A stretch of 63,948 bases of DNA, the filler included, from Paramecium tetraurelia (Eukaryota), in assembly GCA_000165425.1 (NCBI GenBank). It is 6 parts of 5 records of this genome, joined end to end, with 100 filler letters (N's around TTAATTAATTAA, not from the genome) between each part and the next. Parts side by side here need not be neighbours in the genome. Positions count along the whole stretch, not along the records: positions 8,008 to 15,585 come from CT868104.1; positions 15,686 to 33,407 come from CT868105.1; 4 more parts are not named here. One strand, 5' to 3'. The position numbers and the translations under genes were made by a program. Of the stretch, positions 15,201-25,942 are shown piece by piece; the first letter of the stretch is position 1, and the number at the start of each line of letters is the position of its first letter. A model generated the notes under the pieces. It was not told the origin of the DNA and did not search any database. It was given only the letters and a program-made list of their open reading frames with translations.

Positions 15201-15585
15201 ACATTACAAAGTATGAAGAAATAGGAAGAATCTGATTATTATTTAAAATATCTAGAATTTTTAGAGTGTCAGCATTAAGATATCATTGAAGATTCATTTG
15301 ATTGTTTTATTGCTTATAATTAGTATTTTGAAGATTAAATGTATTTAGATGAATGGATAGATCACTTAATCAGAATAGGCATAAAAGTGCTTTTGGCTCA
15401 AGAAGGAATAAAATAGATCATTATTCCATAAAAGTTTAAAGACTTTATATCTTCTAAATTGGAGTTTGATCAACCTCTATTTAAATTATCTAAAACTGAT
15501 ATCCTCATAGAATATATAGAATAATTATAATATTATATAGAAACATGCAATTCAGAGCATTATGAATATTAGTCTAATTTACTTT
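9245..15585 (+). CDS. TRANK1-like (LBA1-like) UvrD/SF1 helicase with C-terminal TPR-like helical region; 3' end lost in the gap, start approximate
   Basis: Long open frame with Walker A IGRSGTGKTT (~10592), Walker B YIILDELQD (~11630), LAGDNAQNI, LSYNFRS, ILTIYEAKGLEFDDV (~12135), LKQLYVAITRPK (~12465), then WKKQGYRMLRQNNYEQAYKCF and AASCYFSAKNYQKALQLYE; short introns near 9597 and 12291. Confidence 0.88.
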
Positions 15586-15685
15586 NNNNNNNNNNNNNNN
15601 NNNNNNNNNNNNNNNNNNNNNNNNNNNNNTTAATTAATTAANNNNNNNNNNNNNNNNNNNNNNNNNNNNNNNNNNNNNNNNNNNN
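15586..15685. other. Artificial scaffold linker
   Basis: 44N-TTAATTAATTAA-44N. Confidence 0.95.
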
Positions 15686-16950
15686 GACAGGATAAACAAA
15701 AGCCAAATTAGATGGTCATTTGAGTTTTGTAAATTCAGTAAATTTCTCACCTGATGGTACTACATTAGCATCTGGTAGTAGGGATAACTCTATTCGTGTA
15801 TGGGATGCTAAGACAGGATAATAAAAAGCCAAATTAGGTTGTCATTCATCAACTGTTATTTCAGTCAATTTCTCTCCTGATGGTACTACATTAGCATCTG
15901 GTAGTCTAAATAACTCTATCAGTTTATGGGATGTGAAGACAGGATAAGAAAAAGTCAAATTAGATAGTCATACTAGAGGAGTCATGTCAGTCTGTTTCTC
16001 TCCTGATGGTACTACATTAGCATCTGGTAGTTAAGATAACTCTATTTGTTTATGGGATGTTAATACATAATAATAATAAGCCAAATTTAATGGTCATTCA
16101 AGTTGTATTAGATCAGTCAGTTTCTCTCCTAATCTTACTACATTAGCATCTGGTGGAGATACCTCTATTTGTTTATGGAATGCTTAGACAGGATAATAAA
16201 TAGCCAAGTTAGATGGTCATATTAGGGAAGTCATGTCAGTCTGTTTCTCCCCTGATGGTACTACATTAGCATCTGGTAGTGCAGATAACTCTATCCGTTT
16301 ATGGGATGTTAAGACAGGATAATAAAAAGCCAAATTAGATGGTCATTCAGATTATGTTATGTCAGTCAATTTCTCTCCTGATGGTACTACTTTAGCATCT
16401 GGGAGTATAGATAGGTCTATCCGTTTATGGGATATTAAGAAAGGATAATAAATAGCCATATTACATCGTTATATTAGTGAAGTCACGTCAGTCTGTTTCT
16501 CTCCTGATGGCACTACATTAGCATCTGGTTATAAAGATATGTCTATCCGTTTATTCGACGTTAAGACAGGATATTCTAAAACAAAGGATGATCATCATTT
16601 TGGATCTGTATGTTCAGTCTGTTTCTCCACTGATGGTACAACAATAGCATCTGGTAGTTCAGATAAATCTATATGCTTATGGGATGTTAAGACAGGATAA
16701 TTAAAAGCCAAGTTAGATGGTCATACTAGTAAAGTCATGTCAGTCTGTTTCTCTCCTGATGGTACTACATTAGCATCTGGTAGTAGCGATAAGTCGATTC
16801 GTTTATGGGATGTTGAGAAAAGATAAGAAAAAGTCAAATTAGATGGTCATACTAGTGAAGTCATGTCAGTCTGTTTCTCTCCTGATGGTACTACCTTAGC
16901 ATCTGGGAGTATAGATAGGTCTATCCGTTTATGGGATGTTAACTTTGGAT
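15686..16950 (+). repeat. Tandem coding repeat with ~126-bp unit, about 10 copies (WD40 units)
   Basis: Near-identical nucleotide cores tctcctgatggtactacattagcatctggt and ttatgggatgttaagacagga recur every 126 bp (one unit 123 bp). Confidence 0.95.
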
Positions 16951-17248
16951 AATAAATCTCACCTTCAAATACGTGTTACAAAAATATACTAGCATAATTT
17001 TACCCATATCATTTTAAAAATAACATTGTTTAAGAAAGTGGTATTATTTTTTCCTATTTTTAGTTTCCACCAATGTTTCTATCCTTTTAATATCACAACA
17101 ACTAATTTTTTAATCATAAGGTGCTCTAATCTTGAAAGGAGAATTCCATAATTAAACAGCCATTAACTTAAGAAAGTCGTTCCAATAAAGAGGAAGTTTA
17201 ATTCTAGATAATTACATAGAGTTTAAATAAATTTCTAAAGATAATTGA
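15686..17248 (+). CDS. WD40-repeat protein of the Paramecium highly repetitive WD40 family; 5' end missing
   Basis: Ten units of LDGHxxxVxSV(C/N)[30 protein letters not shown], intron ~17041-17063, C-terminus [25 protein letters not shown] at 17246-17248. Confidence 0.93.
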
Positions 17249-20200
17249 AAGATATAATATAAACCTTTTTCAATTATGACTTCTATTTTCTATAAATTCT
17301 GATTATTATTTATTAAAATTTTTATTTTCTTCCTTTATTAATTTCAATTNNNNNNNNNNNNNNNNNNNNNNNNNNNNNNNNNNNNNNNNNNNNNNNNNNN
17401 NNNNNNNNNNNNNNNNNNNNNNNNNNNNNNNNNNNNNNNNNNNNNNNNNNNNNNNNNNNNNNNNNNNNNNNNNNNNNNNNNNNNNNNNNNNNNNNNNNNN
17501 NNNNNNNNNNNNNNNNNNNNNNNNNNNNNNNNNNNNNNNNNNNNNNNNNNNNNNNNNNNNNNNNNNNNNNNNNNNNNNNNNNNNAAATTGGGCATGTTTA
17601 ATTCCCTTAAAAATTTATAAAATACTCTGTTAAAAGGTTATCTATTTCTAGTTATGAAACCTTATAGTATATCAACAGTATCTAAGAAATGCAAGCTGTA
17701 TCTATTTCTTTCTTAGCTCCTTGCCCTAATTTCTTTATTTCATTCATAGATACGAAGCCAACTCTTATACAGTATTCTTTATTAAAAAGAAGTATTGAAG
17801 GCTTCACCAATGATAAGGGTTAAATAAGTAGTAAAGGACTAAAATGAAAGAGTTGATTCAATAAAAAATATCCTACAATCTTTTCATCTAGCAGTTATAC
17901 GGGGAATATGTGAATTTCTAATATATAATTCCTTTGAGTTTATCTAATTTCATATGATAAGTTAATTTCGAAATATAAATTTTCTTAGGTAAGAACCAAA
18001 TTTTTAAATAAAAAATTAAAAAATAAATTTCAATATTAGCAAATGCGGTGATCCTTAATGGGAAAAACTTAATTTTACCGAAAAAGAAAAGCGATTGAAT
18101 TTGATCTGCGTCAAATTAAAATAATTTATTTCTGTGCATTTGATCTAACTTTATAATTGTAAGGTAATATTGTTTCTAAATTGAGGCAATTTATGGAATT
18201 CCTAAGGTTAGCTGGCTATTGCTAGCTCTGGTTTTGGTAAAGTAATTAGCTGAATTACATCTAAAATTTTATGATTTGGTAACAGCACTCACACATTCCT
18301 CACAAGAATATTCCAATTTTGACCATCCAGTTTCCTCAAACAAATTTATCCTGACTCGTTTCAATTATTCTTCAAAAACCATTGAGTGAAATCTTTGTTC
18401 TTCTATAAGAAACATTCTTTCAATCAATTACAATATTTATAAGTATAAGCACAACTCACTTATTAAAATTCAGCCTTATGATATCTTATTAATAGGTTGC
18501 AAAATATTAATATCAGAAGACTATTTAAAATCACTGTTGTTCTAAATATATTATAATTGTGATCTTAAATGAATATTCCTTTTAGTTGATTATCCATTAT
18601 TTGCTGGATAAGCAAAACAAATAGTACATCTACATATAGTTGATTGATTTCATATCTAAGTTTGATGTTAGCTTCTAAGTATTAAAAAATTACTAATTCA
18701 ATAATTAAAATAGGATTTTTTTTTATTCATTATTTTGACTTAACTGTAATTTTAAACATAAATCTCTCATTCTATGCGCATCTGCCAATTTCAAAATTCG
18801 TGATTCCAATAACATTCAAATTATTTCGTATCGATCTTTCTAGAATTCTTAATAACCATCATCTTCCTGAACCACTTTTTGATTTTTTCAACTAACCAAA
18901 CATATTATGTCCAATTGAAACAAGTCAAGCTAAATTACCGGAATTAAATACATTAAATTCAACTGTTAATAGGATCTTATTAACATCTATTTATAGTAAT
19001 AAAGGAGTGTTATAGTTTTAATTTTTCTGTGCTATGAGATGAAAAAATCGAAATTTTAAGATGAGTTAGTTCATTCATAATTCAGAGTTCTGCTAAGATT
19101 TGATCAGATCTGCCCCTAACTTGGATAAATTACCAATAAAGTTATAACACATATCAAGTAATTGATACTTTATCAAATATCCTTTTGAAATAGTAGCTTG
19201 GAATTCTACACCTTACCTATCAGTTTTAAGAATGAATATCTAATTGAAGGATTTCTAACAAACAAGCTTATTTTTATCTATAAAGTGTAATAATTAACTC
19301 AAAGTTAAAGTTAATTTGAATGCGAGAAACAATGTATAGTAAATTTATATGTGTTGCTAATGGTATTCAGATTATTAATATTTAAACTACTCGAAATGAT
19401 TATCAGGAAATATAAACAAAATACCTGGACTAAATATAGTTATTGGAGATTTACAACAATATTTATAGTGGTTAAACAATAGTAAGGAAATCTTCAAATC
19501 TAATAATATATTGAATCATCTATCAATAAAAATTTACTTGTATTATGTTGAAATAATCACACCAAACTTAGGCCACGTCTTTGCTAAGATTGCATCAGTT
19601 ATAGTTATTGATGTAACTTTAAAGAAAAGTATTCTTAGTAGGACTTTCTTGGCGATATATGATACTAACTTCAGCTATGTTAAAAAATAGTTCCAGACAA
19701 AATTGATTCTATATTTCATCGTTTATTGCATACTTCTTTCGTAATTCCTCTAAAGTCTGAATTCATAACCTTGATTAAATAACCTCTCTTAAAATTCTCT
19801 AAGCTCTAAGGGAAAAAATATGAATGGATTACCAAGAATAGAAGAGCTTTTTGGTTCATTTCTTGGTTTGATAATCATTTAAGCACATTTTGTGTGTTTT
19901 ATAAAGATAGCCTTATCAATTTCCAAAGTATGCTATTGAACAAAAGAAAGTTTACTCTATATTATAATTCATCAAAAAATAGCTTATCGAATTGATAAGT
20001 CACTTATTAAATGCTGTCACATTATAATTCTTTCATAAAACAGAAGCCTTAATGATTATAGATCCTTTAATTACTAAAAAAAGGATTAATGATCATGGAC
20101 ATTTATTATTAGCCCAAATTTTAATATCATATATGCTTCTCAATATTGAAGTGATAATCAATTTAACAGGGGTGCGATTTAAGTACATTTTATATTGATT

Positions 20201-22348
20201 CTGGAAATATATTATGAGATGAATTTTAATCTGAGAAATATTAAATGAATTTATAAAAGTATTTTTAATTAATTTGAAAATTAAATATTTCTTGAATTCT
20301 TTGCTTGACTTATAAACTCATTCAATTTCTAGAGATATCAAGCCAGTAATACAATTATTGAATAAAATAAAATTGTCAAATAAATAAATGCCTTTTTGGT
20401 ATGGCCAGAAAATCATAAAAAAATAGGTCTTAGCTTGTATTTATTAATAAAAATAAACGTATCTCTTAACAATCCCCGTATATTTTTACTAATTCATTTA
20501 ACATCTTCTCTCATATGAATGTCCTTAATATGAAAATTTTATATTTCCATACTATAAATTCATTGTCTAAATATTTATTTATCAGAAAATTTTAAATTTA
20601 TCTATTTGATGATTGCCCTTTTTCTTTCAATAAAACCTTGATGATTTTCAAGAAATACCCATATTTTTTAAATTGATTTCTTTTGGTTTATAATTAGAAA
20701 TCATAATCAACAACCATCAGGTACAATTTAGATAATTTTATATATAAAATGTTCTTAATTTAAGTGAGAGTATAAATATTATATTAAATCATGGTGTTAA
20801 CTAAACAAAAATATCTATAGATTATTAAAGCCCCCAATCCAAAAGACTTATTCAATAATTTATATTGAGTTTCAACAATCAGTTTTTTTAAGCTTAATTT
20901 AATTTTAAGAGCTGATATATTTCGATTTNNNNNNNNNNNNNNNNNNNNNNNNNNNNNNNNNNNNNNNNNNNNNNNNNNNNNNNNNNNNNNNNNNNNNNNN
21001 NNNNNNNNNNNNNNNNNNNNNNNNNNNNNNNNNNNNNNNNNNNNNNNNNNNNNNNNNNNNNNNNNNNNNNNNNNNNNNNNNNNNNNNNNNNNNNNNNNNN
21101 NNNNNNNNNNNNNNNNNNNNNNNNNNNNNNNNNNNNNNNNNNNNNNNNNNNNNNNNNNNNNNNNNNNNNNNNNNNNNNNNNNNNNNNNNNNNNNNNNNNN
21201 NNNNNNNNNNNNNNNNNNNNNNNNNNNNNNNNNNNNNNNNNNNNNNNNNNNNNNNNNNNNNNNNNNNNNNNNNNNNNAATTGATAATCTTACTCTGTGGG
21301 CTTGCAAAAATACAAACATGCATGGAAAAGGAAATTTTTAATAAATTTATGATGGATGGATTTAAAAAGTGATTGAAAAAGGAGATATCTGCATAACGAA
21401 CTTAGTTACTTTTGGTGAGGTGCATCTTTTGTTTAAAGACAGCTTAATAATAACGAAAATATATATAAATTTTTTATAATATTAGAAAAACGGAATTTTG
21501 CAATATAGATAATTAATCAAAAATTTTATTTCAGATAACAATCAATCTTCATTCATTTACAAATGGAGATTTGATTGTACATTTATTCTTTCCAGTTATG
21601 AGATCTAACTACTTTTTGAATTAAGAGAAGAATTTGGAAGATGTTAAATAAGCAAAATGAAATTTTTTAGAATTCAAAAAATTTGGAGAAAAGAAATAAC
21701 ATCTATTTTAAGTTTTTCTGTAAGTATTCAATCTTATTTTTTTAATTTAAGTAGCATCATAATTGTGATTATGTGTTATCTAGTGAATAGGTTTTAGATT
21801 TTTTCCAGTTTGCTTAAAAATCCAGCAGTTAGCTACACTTACTTTTCAATCACATACTTTTTTTAATAACTGTATTTTATATAATAACACTAAAGAACAA
21901 AATCTGTACTAATGAATCAAAGATAACCCACTTACGATAACATGATTTTCTCAGATTACTTCATTTTTAAAAAAGTAAATTTTCATCATTATTAGATACT
22001 GTTCTGCTAGAGATATCTTGTAATTCTATTTAGAGAATTAAAGGATGATACAATATAATATTAAAATTGTATCAAGTTTAAGGTATATTTCTTAAGAAAA
22101 ATTTAAATATATTTATTATCACACCTAATTTATTAATTAATTTATAAATATGTATGTAAATCGTTTTAGTTATTTTTAGAATATTCTTCTATTTAAAATG
22201 AGCGAACAAAAAACATCAACATTAGAACAAATATATTGAAATATTTTATAAATTTATGATATCGGAATGTTTTAAGATTATGTTTTTAAAAAACTGAGTA
22301 TTTAGCTTAAAACTTATTGAGAAGTCTTTAATAATTATTTATTTTGAA

Positions 22349-24580
22349 ATGATTAGAAGGGATTTTCAGTTATTTTTGTTGATACTACAACTTGTGAATG
22401 GATTTAGAAGTCTGTCTAATACTTACAATAAGGCTAGTTATTTGGTTGAATGTAGAGGAGGTCATTATCATGCACCTGGGATGAACCCCCATCCTTGTGT
22501 TTGTATTTTATTCATGTGAATTTAGTCTATAATTCTGCCTGTTCATCAGTCACAGAACCGAAAATGATCAAAGCGAACGGCAATGAAATGCTATGCCATC
22601 CGAGACTTCGACAATATATTGTCTGGCCATATCAATACTTTGAAGAGGTGCTATTCTGTTAGAACCAAGCTATAATTTATGAATATTCAGAGAGTACGGA
22701 TTTAGTCCTTTCATGTTAATTTGTGGTTGATTCCTGTGCAATAGCTTAAAAGTCAGGAGACATTATTAAGTGCTAATATTGTAATGGCTATAGAACTGGT
22801 GAAAAATGTTAATAACCAATTAGTACTTTAAATCATTATTTAGGTTGTGGAAGTAATTGTGCAAGTTGTGCAGCAAATTATTGTGAAACATGCAAGGAAG
22901 GGTTTTCTCCATCAAGTAGCGCTGATTTATAGTGTAGTTTAGGTACATAATATTAAAATATAATAGCCTGTCAAATAGGGCATTTAAGTTGTTCTAAGGT
23001 TGGTGGAGTATACGTATTTGAAGGGTGCAAAAAAGGTTACGAGCTGATTGATAATTAATGTGTAGGTATTAATAATAAAAAGTATTTAAGCTTGTCCTTC
23101 TAAATGTACTAATTGTGTTATGGGTATTTGTTCTTAATGCGAATATCATTATCATTTAAAAGATAATTAATGCTTTGGAGATATAAATTGCACTAGATTA
23201 GACTATACTTATGATCCTAATACTGGACTGGCCATTGGGATGACTTGTTAAATTTGTGATTTTGGATATTTTTATAATCCAACTCAACAAAAATGCACGC
23301 GTAATTAAATATAAATATTTTAAGTCTGTAAATAGTAGCCTGGATTGGAAAAATGTTTGATTTGTTTTAATGCAACAGAATGCAAAATTTGTTTGGGAAC
23401 ACATGTTATAACTGCAGATAAGAAATGCATACCATTTGTAGGTTGCTCGTCAAATTGTTAAACCTGCCTTAATACCGATCCTGATTACTGTACAACTTGC
23501 AATCTGAAGGAAAAATTTAAAACTTCCACCATTGAACCGGGAAAATGTCTTTGTGATTATCCAAATGGTTATGTTGACAAGGATGGTGAATGTGCAAAAT
23601 GTTCTGATGGGTAATGCTAAACTTGTACGAAAAATTATTATGAATGCACATCTTGTAAACCTATTACAAATAGATCTCTCTTTAATACTTAATGTATTTG
23701 CAATTAAGGATATTTTGAGAATGGCTAACCTATATGTTAAAGTATGTTTAAATCTAAATTAGAATGCCATTCTGATTGTTATAATTGTAAAGGACCTTAT
23801 AATACTGATTGTACAGAATGTGGAGATCCAAGTATCTATTATAAATACATTGAAAACGGATAATGTTTTTGCTTAGAAAGGACATTATTATAAATTTAAT
23901 CTGACGGAAATAGCATTTGCAAACGTAATAATTTTAATCATTTAAATAGCTTGCCATCCTTTATGCTAAAAATGTTATCAACCCCAAGATAATACAACTG
24001 ATCAATATTGCACTATGTGCATTGCAGGAAAACGTCGAGTTTTGACTAGTGATTACCGATGTGTTTGTCAGGATGGATATGGAAGTGATGGAATCTTAGA
24101 TAATTGCATAAGTAATATTTTCAAACATAAGAATAGAGTGTCATTATTCATGTAAGAGTTGTAAAGGACCTCTTGAAACTGATTGTACTTAATGTTCCTC
24201 TGCTGCCCAGAGATATTTGACAATCGACAATAAATGTGCTTGCAATTCAGCCTATTATGACCCTGGCTTCTAGGATCCAAACTGTTTATGTAATCTCTAT
24301 TTTCATGACTATCAAAATAGTGTCTTGTCATCATTCTTGTGCTAGTTGTACTGTTTTTGGTTAAGATTAATGCACTTTGTGTTCGTCAACAAGGCATGCT
24401 GATAGAGTTGGAACTACTTTTAAATGTCTTTGCAATGACACACACTATTATAGCGACCCATTCTTTTTAGAATGCTAGCCATGCCATCTAACATGCAAAA
24501 CTTGTAATGGCATTTATGAAACTAATTGTCTAACTTGTGACACTACTTATAGAGAATTAGTCATTTCAAAATGTAATTGC
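22349..24580 (+). CDS. Secreted/surface Cys-rich furin-like (growth-factor-receptor) repeat protein, intact 5' part ending at a gap
   Basis: MIRRDFQLFLLILQLVNG signal peptide, then CxxxCxxC...CxxC...CxCxxGYF repeats; frame open once 21-31 nt phase-1 introns are removed. Confidence 0.88.
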
Positions 24581-24730
24581 NNNNNNNNNNNNNNNNNNNN
24601 NNNNNNNNNNNNNNNNNNNNNNNNNNNNNNNNNNNNNNNNNNNNNNNNNNNNNNNNNNNNNNNNNNNNNNNNNNNNNNNNNNNNNNNNNNNNNNNNNNNN
24701 NNNNNNNNNNNNNNNNNNNNNNNNNNNNNN

Positions 24731-25940
24731 AAACTTGGTCCAGCAGCGCTGCGCCGGTGGGTGTACGTTTATAAGCTATAATTGGAAATTTTTTCTGTGT
24801 TAAATTCTAAGTTTATAATCAGGGAGAGTCATAAACTTAGTCATCAGGTAGCTCCCTCGGAACAAAGTTTGGTTAACTCAACATTGGATCTTCAAAGAGA
24901 AGGATATAATATGTTGAAAAGAAGCTAGCTTCCGTGCCCGATAAATGTGGAAATTTGTGAGAAACATCTGGAATAAACACAATTTTGGTTGATTGTTAAT
25001 TAAGAGCCATATCTTAAACCAACTAAAAATTTGGATAATATTGTGTAAACCTCTTGAATGAACTTTCAAATGGAGAGATTTTAGACATAATCTATAGAGT
25101 TGAAGCATCGAAAACCACAATTGTTTGATACAACTTACACAAAGCTGATCCACTACATTATGACGAGAATATATTGTAATTTGATAAAAATTCGTCTTAC
25201 TTTCCGAAACCTCTTGAAGAGAAATGGGTAACTCAACTGAATCATTTTGAACAAAAAGTCCTTGTCCTTAACACAACTTATACTTTTAAGAGTTCTAGAT
25301 GTATATATAATTTGGAGATTAAATTTAGGATTTAGATGTTGCATTTTCATCAATTAATTGTAATTATCAAGTCTAGATTATTATCATTTTTATGGAGAAA
25401 ATTATGGACAGAAAATTTAAAACAATACAACTTAAGCAATCCCCTTATGATAACTAATAACTTTGATTTTGGAAGAGAAAAATAGTTAATAGAAATATAA
25501 TTACTTCAATTTAGCAAACTCTTGATTAATAAATTCTCTAATGATCAAGCAACTATGATTTTAAACTACTCCTCATTTTGATAACTTCTAGGACCATATC
25601 ATTCTCCTAACATTTATTCTAGTTCTTCTCACCATATTCTTATATTTGTCTCTTACTTGACTTTCTTTTAGAGGAAGAATATCTTTTACATATCGACTCA
25701 TTTCATAATGATTTGAGCGGAAATGTTTAGAAATAATTGGTTAAAATGGTCTAAATTGATTTTTATTAAAACCAAATCAGAATTTTTTAAATCTATTTTT
25801 AAGTTTGAAAAATATCCCTAAGACTATTTCCAAAATCATAATATTAATTTATAAGTGGTTTAGTTATTCTAATAGTCTCACATCTTAGATTCATCCCATC
25901 TCCAAACCTAAAATCAATTAAAATTAATAAATTCCAATAT
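24731..25940 (+). pseudogene. Decayed fragment of a different, non-Cys-rich Paramecium protein family lying between the two Cys-rich copies
   Basis: Coding-like but frameshifted; YYHFYGENYGQKI (~25380) resembles AYYENYGERIW at ~54390. Confidence 0.3.
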
Positions 25941-25942
25941 TC

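Noticed and set aside
15686..16950. CRISPR-like array
   Set aside because: The repeats are in-frame 42-codon WD40 units in a eukaryotic gene, with no repeat-spacer structure and no cas genes.
9245..17248. Helicase and WD40 array as one fused gene or a linked defence locus
   Set aside because: They are separated by an artificial linker, so adjacency is unsupported.
19555..19590. TPNLGHVFA as a tyrosine-recombinase HxLRH motif
   Set aside because: The catalytic Arg and the downstream LGH...Y motif are absent.
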